A DNA stretch of 64,000 bases from the human T2T-CHM13v2.0 reference genome, Homo sapiens: NCBI RefSeq assembly GCF_009914755.1, contig NC_060935.1; one strand, written 5' to 3'. Numbering within the stretch: the first letter of the stretch is position 1; each line of letters opens with the position of its first letter. Below are positions 37,561 to 50,340 of the stretch, piece after piece. The translations under genes were made by a program, and so were the position numbers. The notes beneath the pieces are model-generated. The model was not told where the DNA came from and made no database searches. It was given only the letters and a program-made list of their open reading frames with translations.

Positions 37561-40189
37561 CATCCAGGATATCTGAGTGTTTAGTACTTGTTCAGCAGAG
37601 TGCAAAGAAAGGGGTGGGTGGGCCAATGGTACATAGGGGAAAATCACATTGTCCTTAAGGAATAAAGGGGAGACTGACACGTATGCAATTATGATACGTA
37701 TCAGTGCCAGGAGAGATGCGTTTCCAGCCTGCGAGAAAGCATGGTATATTCATGGAAGGCAAAGCAGCCGGGATGGCAGAAGCTTCCAGTAGGCATATAA
37801 CCCTGTACATCCAATTAAAGACCTGGGCTTCAACAAGTGAGCAATTCAGGGACTTTAAAGGATTTTAATGAAAGCAGTCACGTGATCACATATTTACATT
37901 TCAGAAAGATCATTACTCAGGCAAAATGTAAGAAAAATCAATGATCTGGAAGGGGGCAAACCAAAACTGAAGACAAGGGGATGAGTTAGTAGCAGTTTAA
38001 GCAGGAGTTGCAAAGGCATTTTTTTCATCTCACATGCTGAATCTCCTCTGTCCCTCTCCCAAAGTTTGAGGAGGAGGATGGAGGGGTAAGGTAATGGTAA
38101 CAGACAAGAGATAAAGAAGGCCCACTTCTAAGCTACAGGGAGGATGGAATTGGTATGGATGGGCATACATAAATATAAAACAGTAAAAATTCAATATACT
38201 TTTCTGTTTTATAAAATGGAGAAAATATTATTTTGGTGGTTCAGGATCCCACAGTTCCTTCCATCATTTTAAATATCAGTGATTAACATAAAGTACTATA
38301 TTTACAGATACAAGATGTGTACATGGTTAAATATCTATGGATCCCAGAAAAGATCTTGAACATGGTTTTGATACTTGGACACGTCTCTGATACCGGCCTT
38401 TCTCCTCCTATATGAGTTATTTATCTCTCTTGTAACTCAAGTTTAGAAAAGTTGCAGTGGAGGAGGGACAAGAGGGACATTTATTAATGTTTACATATAA
38501 TTTGTTGTAGGAATGAATAAATAACTGGGCCAACAAATGGCTTCAGATGTGTACCTATATAAAAAGGTAGTACATGCTATACTTTTAAGTATTATCATTT
38601 CTGATACCAATACACTTAGAATATTGAAAAAGTCCCTATTTAAGTAAGGAAGAAAGAATACCCGACATTTACTTGTTAGTGATAAACTAAGGATTACATT
38701 TAAAGTGAAAAGAGCCAGCAAGTCGAGGCAATCTCCAACTTTAAACTGGAGCTGGTTTAAAAAATGTATTTATCCAATGGCTGTTGGTAACTTTTAACAT
38801 ATTTCCTACCTCCAAAATCATGTACGTGGTGGGTATGTAGCCTAGGCATACCATAAAAGCCTATTTCATGGAACCTCAGTCCTACAAATGCCTTAGAGGT
38901 TATTTGGTTCAATGTTGCACCCAAGAAAGAGATTCTTCCCACAGCAGCCTTTGCAAATGCCATTACAACACTTCCAGGAATCAGGAGTCCATGCCCCTTC
39001 CAAACAGCACTGCTTCACATGAGGCAGCTCTATTTGTTGGATAGTTCTTCTTTCTTCTGAAACATAATCTGCATCTTTGAGGACGCCTATAGATCAAAAG
39101 ATGAATCATGTATCACTATTTCAACGCTCCCAACCCCCAATGAAATCCTGACCACGGATGGTCTGATTTAGGAAGAAAAGGGGACAATTTGCCCTTCTCC
39201 AGTCCAGAGGAACCCATCCTGCATATGGCTGTATGTGAAGAATGACCTTGTGTCAAGAGCTATGAATAGTCAGATTTAATAAAATTATAAATGTTGAAAA
39301 ATACAATGTCTCCTGAGAGAAAAATGGCTAGTGTTCAAGCAGAACACCCACAAAATCCTTAATCAACATTTCCAATAACAGAAATACAAGCTATTAACCA
39401 CAGCCAAAGTCCCTTCCAAAATTTAAAACAAACAAACAAAAACCCTTCTGATTTCATCTACTGAATCATCTTGTCTGTCTGTGAAATAAATTTTATTTAG
39501 CATATTAGAGAATTTCAACAATACAAACAAATTCTGAATGTATAGGCATAGCCTGACCACAATTGTTAATAGGTTAGTGGCCAAAACTCTTCTTCCTGAT
39601 ATAAGTGCTTGGTCCTGTTCCTCAAAATCTTCCTGCAGTATAACATCCTAGCTCCACTTTCTTCCTTTTATGGTGGACTTTTCTTTTTTCTTCAGAAAAG
39701 CATTGTACTGTTTCATTTTAAACTCAAAGAATATTATACTAATGCTGGACTGGTGGTTACTTCTGTACAACGCTAAGTGTTGATTACGGCATTTAGTCCT
39801 AAGCATGAAGGATATAAGCTACCTTAGATGGTCCTTTTCCCCTATTTTGAGGCTCCCTCCTAAAAACACACACATAAAAATGAATACAGTTTTCAAAGTA
39901 TTTGGTTTATGGAATTGTAACTGAAGGTAATTATACCTTCAAGTAGTGAATAAACCCAGTTCTGTGAATAAAAATGAGGTCATGGTTGTTTTCCTAAGAT
40001 AGCCATTGGGATCTGATTTTCTAGTAATGTAGGAAGAAGTGTTATTTTCTTTTTTCCCCCAAAGACTGTGTATCCAATGTGCCAATAAAATGAATTATTA
40101 TGAATTTCAAACCGCACAAAAGACTCTACAACAATTTACAAAGCATGAATTAGTACTGTATACATAAATAAATGTTATTCAATAACATG

Positions 40190-40535
40190 AATAAATCTCA
40201 CAGGCTTATGTCTATTACAATGCTCATTATTGAGCAGTGCAAGAACTCCAACATAAGACTACATACTGTAGGAGTCCATGTTCATACAGTTCACGAACAG
40301 GCAAAACTCATCTATTCCAACTCTTCAGAATAGCTGCTGCCTGCTAGCAAGAGGGAGGGCTGCCTGGGATGGGCACCAGGGAGCTTTCTAAGGCCAAGGA
40401 AATGTTCTATATCTCCATCTGGGTACTGGTTACCACAGACATGTGCATATGTAACAATTCATCTAGCTGTTCACTTAGTATACATTAGCTGTACACTTGT
40501 GATATTACTATGTTACACCTCAACTGGAAAAAAAT
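40190..40535 (+). mobile_element. Old L1 (L1MC/MD-like) 3'UTR fragment
   Basis: acatactgta...aacaggcaaaact...ggaaatgttctatatct...aattcat...gctgtacactt. Confidence 0.55.
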
Positions 40536-40669
40536 TACACACAATGTCCAAGTGCCTTCTAAGTTTCAGCTGCAAATTTAAGAAAGCTGTATTGTTTCAC
40601 GTGCCCGCACTATTACTAGCTTCTGAGAAATACATGTACACTTACATATACAGGAGGAGTTAATAAAAA

Positions 40670-40860
40670 TAACAGCAGCTAACATTTACAGAGGTTTTAC
40701 TATATGCCAAGTGCTTGACTTTCATTATCTCATTTAATCCCACAACAATGGTAAGACATAATTTCTGTTATTATACCCATTTTACAGACAAAGACCCCCA
40801 AGGCTTAAGTCAAGATCATTGCCCAGGCTCACATAAATAACAAGAAGTGAGCTGGTCTAC
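40670..40860 (-). mobile_element. MIR
   Basis: ctaacattta...tactatatgcca...attatctcatttaatccc...cccattttacaga. Confidence 0.65.
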
Positions 40861-43800
40861 AACAAGAATAGCTGAAAAGCAAGCTCTATGTCAGCGTCCA
40901 AATTCTCTGTTTGTATTAGGGTAACATAAAAATAAAATTGGCCTCACAGTTCCAAGTAACAAAACATAAACAAAATATGTAAGCTAAGTTCAGTAATATA
41001 ACCCATATATTTTTTCTCGAGTAAGATGAAAGGCACATCAGTGGCTCTTAAGCACTGGAGTCCCTACTCACATTCCAACAGATATACAGCAGAACAAAAT
41101 GTTCTTTGGGCTAGTTTTTTTATTCTCTCTGGCCATCAAAATATACCGCACAGCAAAGCGACTAAACAGCTGTGAATGCGGACAGGCACAAACTGCAGTG
41201 TTTACTCCAATTCATTCAAGGGTCCTTTCAATCTGGCCATAGTAGTAGGAGAAATGCCCAGGATTAAGGTGGAAAAAAGCTAAACATATCTTCAAAAAGG
41301 CTTCTTTATTTTCTGAACACACTGTATTGTGAGGAGAACTTGGTAGAGGGCTACATGGGAGTAGGACGGAAAAGACTGTGCACTATTTACAACACGACTT
41401 TACTTGGAAACAAAATATATCAAATGAACCATCAAATATGCTACTGCATTCTGCATTAGCTGAAAACCAGGAGCATTGGAATTCACATTCTTGGTAGATG
41501 AAAACCAATTAACTACACCATCCACCATTCAGAACTGGTCTTCCTTGAAAAGTACACAAGAAACAAACTGGGCTAATATTCTGAAAAAAAGTTTGTGCCC
41601 AAACATTATTTGAGGCAGGGGAAAAGGGACTTGGGAAGGAAGACACACTAATGTTTCTCAAAAATTTTGCTCCAAAGATTTTACAGAATGTTTTTGGCAG
41701 ATAGATTTTCATTTACTTGGCGCTGCTAGCAAGTCTGCAAAGTAATGCCTCAGAAACACTAGAAATGATACAATTCTTAAAAAGACAACAGAAAAGACAT
41801 AATCTAAATTAGAATTCTATAATAATAATAATGTAACAGAAACAATCAAATTCTATCAATAGTAAACTAAAATATGCCTATTAAAACAAGCATTTCATCA
41901 CTGCAAAACCATTTGTTTCACATGAAGTCTGATTTTGCTCTCAGTTTGAAAGTTATTAAAACGATACATCAGCCTTTACAGGCAAGACCAAACAGTAAGA
42001 TAATTTTACATATTTATCAAAAGATCATTCAAAGAAAACTTACCAAGTCTGCAACGTGTATATGCTTGTGCTTCGGAGGGAAAGCAGAGAAGCCACTTTC
42101 TGTACTTACACTGGAGTTCACTTCAGTGCTGAAAACACATCACTGTAGTCCTGCTTGTAATAAAGTCCGGACTAGCAATCTGCCTTTGGGTTGGGCTTTT
42201 CTCTTACAAGATAAGCTGTTAAGTCATGCCTTGATTTTAGATCTGCCAACATATGGAGTCTTCTAATGTAGCCTTCCCTCCACCCCCTCAACCCCCCCTG
42301 CCCGCATCCCCCCAATCCCCGCTCTGCTCCACTCCCTCTGCACACACACACATACACACATACAAAAAAGGCACTGCAGGGCAGAAATTCCTCAGGTGCT
42401 CGCTAATGGAATTCCCAGGGTCTTGGAGCCGCTTCGGGGATCAAGAGATCTCATAGCCCCCGCTGGGGTAAGGAGCAGCGAGTCTGTTCCATTTAATCAA
42501 ATACAGAATGAATTTTCAGCTCTATTCACTAGCTTGTCTCCAGGGCTCTCAAAAGGCACCAGGCAGCTAGAATCACACACATGTGGCTCTTTTAGGCAAG
42601 TATAATTAGCTTGATTTTAAAAAGCCACATTAATAATATCACCTCAGGACCATTATTCAGGAGACAGATGACAATGATACTGTATGTTTTAAGCCTGACA
42701 ATGGGGGAAAGAGCACAAGCAATGAGGGAAAACTTGAAGGATTAAAAAAAAAAAAACCAAGAAACCAGTTTTTCATTTAATTGTAATCCAATATTTTTCA
42801 AGTGACATTAAGAATATTCCATACACCATCCCTTCTTTTTAACAAAAAAGAATCAAGTAAAGCCCTCCCCTGTGCTGTTGAAAGTGAGTTAGTGCCAAAT
42901 ACACAACAAAAACTTATCACATGGAATGATTACATACAATATAAAAATTTAAGTAAAAATAAAACATTCTCAAATTCAAGTTCACGAAATTTCTTGAAAA
43001 AATTCCCCATTAAAAAATACTGTAAAAAAGCAAGTCCTTCAACTCAAAATATTTGGCAACCATACTCCAAATTCTGTTTCTAATCTAATTAGTTTGTATT
43101 AAGTTCATTTACTTAAAGGGGGGCTACCATGTACGCAGCTCATCTACAGCTCCACTGTATTGTCTTACCCATACTTCTACATCATGCCATAGCTGATCAC
43201 AAGGCGCTGGCTCATATCATTACACGTTAAAGCAACACATTTTTCAACTCATTATTTATTTTCTAACGCTTCCCTGATTTTTACTACGATAATATTTAAT
43301 TCCTGAAATCATTTCCCTAGTATTTAACTTCGAAACAATCACCAATTTTTAGTCTAAACGTTCGTGGAAAAAAAAAAATTCTACAGAAGGAAAATTTTAC
43401 TTCAACTTACATTTCGACAAAACCATACATGAAATTGTCTACAAAGTCATGAAGGCAGATGGGCGAAGTGGGAAAATAAGAAGCAAGCCCAAGAAATAGT
43501 CAACAAATTTTTACCTGCTCTCTTTAGAACAAAGCCCTAGGACATTAGTTCCTATTCCTACCTACTGCCTTCAGCTGTATATACCCTGACGATCTGGAGG
43601 AGAAAGTCCTATCTTAAAGTGAACTTAATTCTTTTCCTGCAAAGTCAAACCACCTGCAAAGAAAGCAAGGCGTAAGCTAGATTTAGAAGCCAAGCTACAC
43701 AAGCTAGATCAGTATCCAAGTCCTAAGGGTTCTTTGTACTTGAAGGCTTGAGAGTCAGAGCTGTTTAAGTACTTTGCACAGAAGAGGAGGCTGATGAGAA

Positions 43801-45621
43801 CCATGGCAATCAATCAAAGCATCCCAAGTGAGTTATTACACAAACAACAGCACAGTACCTCTAGTAACTGATTCTCCTGGCTGACTAAACTATTCAAACA
43901 AAGACAGATTTCCCAAACACTGGGAAGTTTTTGCATGAAAGTTAAACAGTATACATTTGTGTGTTTCTTAATAGAAATATAAATGTTTCTGTTCTACACA
44001 CTGCCAAACACACACCCAGGGCACGTCTTTACAAAATGAAACAGGTTTTCTCCATCCTTCTCATATAACTTCAAGTATGAGGCAGTTCATTCCAACATGT
44101 GCATAACAGAGACTGCAGTATTTGGTGCTTCTCGGGTTCCAAAGAATGCTTTCTAGTTAAGCACTAATTTAAAATTTCCAGAAAATTTTTTGAAGGTTTT
44201 CTTTCATCTTATCTTAAAAGTTGAACTATCCCCAAATTTTCAGCTAAAAATAGACTGAGGGTGGGGGAGAACTACAAAATGTCATAGAATGTTTAGAATT
44301 ATGCTGACAATAAACTCATTTCATTTTCTAACACCCTCCCCACCTTCCTCTCCTTGGAGACACTGTCCACTAGGTATGCCAAGTGTCAGTTGGGAATTTG
44401 AGGGTTATGTTATCAGCGCCGAAAGGAATCAGAATTCACTGACTTGGCGTCTTTCATCTTTACTGGCATAGGCCTGAAAATAAATCTCATGTGAGCTTTT
44501 AGTCCAACCTCCTGTTTTTCAAGGTGTCTGGTTTGGGACACAAAGGCTGACTTTCTGTTGATGAGGTTCTCTAAATTCTGGATTCCCACTGGAAAGCAGT
44601 CTGCCCTTAAAGCACCTGCCACCCTCTGTCGTCCTGATGAGGAAGGGCAGGCATTCTGGAAACAGCTCCTTTTGGAGAGCCTTCCACCTGATTTGGTGGG
44701 GTTAGGGAGAACAATGAAGGGAAGGGCAAGAGAGTCTATCTATCCCCCTCAGTGATTTATTGCTGAAATTCCTAGATGTGGAGAGAAAGCAACAAAGGTC
44801 TGGAAGCTGCCGACTGAAATAAATAGCGAGCTGTAATGTATTTAGCAAATGATAATGCAATCCACAGAAAGCTTTACAGAGGAGAAGGAAAAATACACTC
44901 CCTGGGGCTGGGAAGTCAGTGAGTCTTGTGAAGGCAGAGAAAGATACATTGTGCAGGAAATTTCTCTTGCTTCTCCCTACACATAAATCACTGTCTCTCG
45001 CGGGCGCTCTGCAGGGATGGAGATTGAGAGAGGCCAGGGACCCGGCTCCCTTGGGAAAACGCGCGGGCGCCCTAGCTCCCCGCTCTGCGGCATCTCACCT
45101 GCCCCCGAGGACCATCGTCAAGAAGAGGTTTCGTCGTGTCACTGACACCTCACCCCGCCTCCTCCCGCGAGGTGCCTCCGAGCCCCCGAGGACGCGGAAC
45201 GCCGGGGCTCCCCGCCGGGCAAGCATCAGCATCCAGACCCCGCACGCAGCCCTGCACCCCCACGCCCTCCAGGGAACGCCGGCCCGCCCGTCCCCGGGAC
45301 CTCCCGTCCCCTAAGCCAAGGCCCCCCAAGCCCAGTGCCCGCGCGCCACCCCTCCCTCCGACCCTGCGGCGGGACCCCCACCCCCGCACCTCTCCGCGGG
45401 GCTGGCTAAGCCTCCAGACCTCCTGCGCTGCAGCCGGCTCGGAAAGCCACCCCCAGGTCATCCCCCCGCGCGCGCGCGGCGGCGGCTACGGTGGCGGCGG
45501 CTGCGATCCGAACGGGCCCCTCCATGCACCGCGCAGGGCAGAGGAGGGAGCGGCGCCTCGCACGCCGGGGCTGGGGCGCTGGGCAGGGCGGGCGGGCGTG
45601 GGGTCCCGGGTCTCCTCGCAC

Positions 45622-45910
45622 CTAGCCGCGCGAGCCGGGCTCCCGGGCTCAGGGGAGGGGAGCTGAGGGGCGGAGTCACCGGGGCGCGCCCCCGCGGCTG
45701 CGCTCCTCCCCGCCGGGGAGCGCGGGCACGTAACTCGGAGGGTGCTGGGCCGGCCCGGAGCACGCGAGCAGCGGGAGGAGGGACCGGGGAATGACTGACG
45801 GAGGCGGGCCGTAGAGGCCGCTGTGCCCCGCCGGCCCGCACCCGGCCGGAGTGTGCGCGCGCAGCCTGCCAGATCAGCGGCGGGGGCACGGGCCGTACCA
45901 AGTGACGGAG
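45622..45910 (-). other. CDON: Probable CDON non-coding exon 1 (proximal); 5' end approximate
   Basis: Donor CTAG|gtgcga at 45622/45621 inside the CpG island; no ATG in the exon. The TSS cannot be determined from sequence. Confidence 0.6.
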
Positions 45911-46036
45911 GGGGGCACGCTCTGGGCAGGACCCTCTCCTCGTCATTGACCTGCCTACTCTGCAAGAGAGATACCCCAGGGGAGCATAGAAGAGGCTTTT
46001 CTTGGGTGTAGGACAGGTAAGGGTGAGTTGCCTTAC

Positions 46037-46300
46037 CAAGTCACGGAGATTCCCATCATGCCTGCACTCACGCTCCCCTCACCTTTCATTCCCTTGGAGA
46101 GACGGCTCTTCTGGCAGGTCTCCAAATGGTCGACTCTGTCCCCCGAGGCCCCGCCCTAGCCTCGTTCGGGCCCCGCCCTAGCCTCGTTCGGGCCCCGCCC
46201 TAGCCTCGTTCAGGCCCCGCCCCTCGCCCCGCCCCGCCCCTCGCCTCTACCTAAGTTCTCTGAGCCGCCAACGGGTGCATCCCTTCTCCCGGTTCTTGCC
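46037..46300 (-). other. CDON: Candidate alternative (distal) CDON first exon; 5' end unknown
   Basis: Donor CTTG|gtaagg at 46037/46036 and a second possible donor AAAG|gtgagg at 46083/46082; GC-box cluster at 46147-46245. Confidence 0.45.
46147..46245. repeat. 22-bp tandem repeat x3 plus partial (GGCCCCGCCCTAGCCTCGTTCG) followed by a CCCCG run; SP/KLF GC boxes
   Basis: Units at 46147, 46169 and 46191, partial at 46213; read directly. Confidence 0.93.
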
Positions 46301-46897
46301 TGGTCTCTCTTAGGGTTCCAGCGGCCCACCGCTTATACCTCCTTCGCCTTTCCACCACTTTCCATGTTTAATTCCTTAGGCAGCTTCATCTGATTCCCCC
46401 ACCACCACCCACCCGCCCTGCCTGCACATAAACGCAAGCAGGTAGCAAAACTCAGGGGCTAGGAGAGGCGTGGTGTGAGCCTTTGGCCCCAGAGTCTTTC
46501 CAACTCGTCCGTTGGACCTGCCCCAAGTTATCTGAACTCAATGAACTTCAGTTGTTCAAACAGAAAAAGGAAAAATAAATTTCTATTCAAAATGTTGCTG
46601 TGAAGCGTAAATACGATACTTTGTGAAAAGCACCTGCCACTCAGTGGGCATTCAAGGACTGTAACTTCTTTATAAATTGTTATTATTAGCAGTTAGCTCT
46701 TTTTTTTCCCCATCATCATTACTTACTATTAGCTTAACTACAAAAGGATCCCTAATAATAGTTAAGTTTATAAATACTCAGTACTGAACTTCAGGAGAAA
46801 TATGCCAGTCCTCCCTTACCTTCTTACGTGAATTTTAAAAAGAAATGCTTTGAAAGTGTGGTATTGTTCAAGCAGGTTAGCTTTCTGCATTAGCTAG

Positions 46898-47348
<451 letters not shown>

Positions 47349-47844
47349 TTATTAACAAGCTATGGTAAACGATTTTTCATTCGGCAAGTAAGTCTTTCTA
47401 TAGAGGATTTAACTGAAATGAGAGTTTTGTGTGGATGTTAATAGAAGTCTTGCAAATTTATTGTGGCTACAGAGAATTCCAGGTTCTTCTCCTGGGACAT
47501 AATGCACTTTGTGCACCTCCAGATCTCACAGTGCCATTTGAATTCACTATGCCTACTGTTACTCATAGTCAGACTAAGAAAAAAATCACAATGTTTGTTG
47601 ATATTAATTACTTCCTCTCCCCCTTTTTTTGTAAAGCAGAGAAATCATTTCAGGTGTAAAACAGTTTTTCATTAATGAATCATTCATCCATTTGTTCAAC
47701 ATTAAGAAACAATGTGCAGTCCCAAGCTTCAAAGAGCTCACAGTCTAACTGTGATACAGACACACACGTGGGTAAGTACAAGGAGACATCTTCAGTGCAA
47801 TGAACAGGGAGCTGTGTGAACACAAGGTCAGTATAGTATTGAGT

Positions 47845-48756
47845 ATAGTATTAAGAGGTGATAGTATTAAGAGGTGATAGTATTAAGAGGTGATAGTATT
47901 AAGAGGTGATAGTATTAAGAGGTGATAGTATTAAGAGGTGATAGTATTAAGAGGTGATAGTATTAAGAGGTGATAGTATTAAGAGGTGATAGTATTAAGA
48001 GGTGGTAGTATTAAGAGGTGGTAGTATTAAGAGGTGGTAGTATTAAGAGGTGGTAGTATTAAGAGGTGGTAGTATTAAGAGGTGGTAGTATTAAGAGGTG
48101 GTAGTATTAAGAGGTGGTAGTATTAAGAGGTGGTAGTATTAAGAGGTGGTAGTATTAAGAGGTGGTAGTATTAAGAGGTGATAGTATTAAGAGGTGATAG
48201 TATTAAGAGGTGATAGTATTAAGAGGTGATAGTATTAAGAGGTGATAGTATTAAGAGGTGATAGTATTAAGAGGTGATAGTATTAAGAGGTGATAGTATT
48301 AAGAGGTGATAGTATTAAGAGGTGATAGTATTAAGAGGTGATAGTATTAAGAGGTGATAGTATTAAGAGGTGATAGTATTAAGAGGTGATAGTATTAAGA
48401 GGTGATAGTATTAAGAGGTGATAGTATTAAGAGGTGATAGTATTAAGAGGTGATAGTATTAAGAGGTGATAGTATTAAGAGGTGATAGTATTAAGAGGTG
48501 ATAGTATTAAGAGGTGATAGTATTAAGAGGTGATAGTATTAAGAGGTGATAGTATTAAGAGGTGATAGTATTAAGAGGTGATAGTATTAAGAGGTGATAG
48601 TATTAAGAGGTGATAGTATTAAGAGGTGATAGTATTAAGAGGTGATAGTATTAAGAGGTGATAGTATTAAGAGGTGATAGTATTAAGAGGTGATAGTATT
48701 AAGAGGTGATAGTATTAAGAGGTGATAGTATTAAGAGGTGATAGTATTAAGAGGTG
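47845..48756 (+). repeat. Minisatellite, 16-bp unit RTAGTATTAAGAGGTG x57 (10 A-type + 11 G-type + 36 A-type)
   Basis: Counted directly: 912 bp, G-type block at 48005-48180, no other substitutions seen. Confidence 0.98.
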
Positions 48757-49041
48757 GAGACTTTAGAAGCTGACTAAGTCATGAGGACCACCCTCATGAG
48801 CAAGATTCATGACCTTATAAAAGGGCTTCAAGGAGCTAGCTAGCCCCTTCTGTCCCTTCTGCCGTGGGAGGACACAGAGAGGTCATCATCTGTAAGGAGT
48901 AGGCACTTACCAGACCCTGAATCTGCAGGCACCTTGATCTTGGATTTCCCAACCTCCATAACTATGAGAAATAAATTTCTGTTGCTTAAAGAGTACCCAA
49001 TCTAAGGCATTTTGTTATAGCAGCAGAAACAGACTAAGACA
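48741..49041 (+). mobile_element. ERVL-MaLR LTR (MST/MLT1A-like) lacking its 5' end
   Basis: Contains ccctcatga...ccttataaaag...gcaccttgatcttggatttcc...gagaAATAAAtttctg...tttgttatagcagca, ending in the typical gactaagaCA terminus. Confidence 0.88.
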
Positions 49042-50012
49042 CTATGGGGCCTCCAACCACAGATGTCCACTATGTAGAGAACTCCAAGTGGAAATACGGA
49101 TTTAAACGTCATCAGCATAAAGTAGTGTTTATACCATTAAAGTGGAAGCGATCTCTCAGGAATAATATGGAACCAGAAAGTTGTAGCCAAGGATGGATCT
49201 CTAAAACTCCAATAACTAAAGCCCCCAATTATCTTGATGAATTTGGAGCAAAGGCTGTTTACTGAACTCAAGGTATGGGACTTGAAAAGGATGCTTGAAG
49301 AAGGTGGTGAAGGTTTGGAATAGTCATTAGGAAAAATGAGAGTTGAAAAATGAAAGTAGAAAATCACTCAGAGAATTGATAAGTGATGCTGAGGGCCTGG
49401 CTGAGGTTGGAGACCATTAATGTATGGTGATGGAGCTTGCATGATTATGTGGTTTTCTCCATCAAAATTTAATCAGTCAGGTAGAAGGGGAAAAGCATAA
49501 CACCAACCCAATTTTGAAGTTTTTCTGGAAGTTGTACAAGAAGGAAAATAACACACGGTATTGGTAAGAAAATTTTTAAAACAGCAATCATAGAATCCAG
49601 GCAGTGGAAAAGGTGTAAGAGGTTTGAGAAGAATAATAGACTGGAAAAATTACAAATTAAAGAAAAGGAGATATGTATGACATTAAAGAGCTGTTGTTAC
49701 AGGATTGAGTAAGAAAGAACCAAGAAGTCTTTGGTAATAACCAGAGTTTACCATTTCAGAAGTAGAACAGTTCCAAGTAATGATTAGATCTAGTATGTTT
49801 ACCGGTGCTGGTGGACGATGTGGATGATTTATGCCGTCAGGGGACATATTGAAGGAACTGAGAGGCTGATAAATGAAATACCATGAGCCAAGTACTCAAG
49901 TCCTCAGGGATGAGGTGGGAAGGTTGTTAGATACTAAGTGACATTTAATACATTCCAGGCCTGAAGTGGGTGCTTTTATAATACTCAATACATGTTAAAA
50001 TTGGTTCTCCAA

Positions 50013-50340
<328 letters not shown>

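Larger units (their letters stand above)
44990..46340. promoter_or_regulatory. CDON: CpG island / CDON promoter
   Basis: Very GC-rich, CpG-dense block with many GGGCGG boxes. It is the only such island upstream of exon 2. Confidence 0.93.

Noticed and set aside
44919-46039. Several 100-190 aa Pro/Arg/Gly-rich ORFs
   Set aside because: Expected stop-codon depletion in a CpG island; they overlap on both strands and show no recognisable domain.
47845-48756. CRISPR-like or telomere-like array
   Set aside because: Contiguous near-identical units with no unique spacers, no cas genes and no TTAGGG; the unit is traceable to MaLR LTR sequence.
48786-48795. GLI-like site GACCACCCT (also GGCCACCCA near 63313)
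   Set aside because: Single imperfect matches, one inside an LTR; expected by chance.
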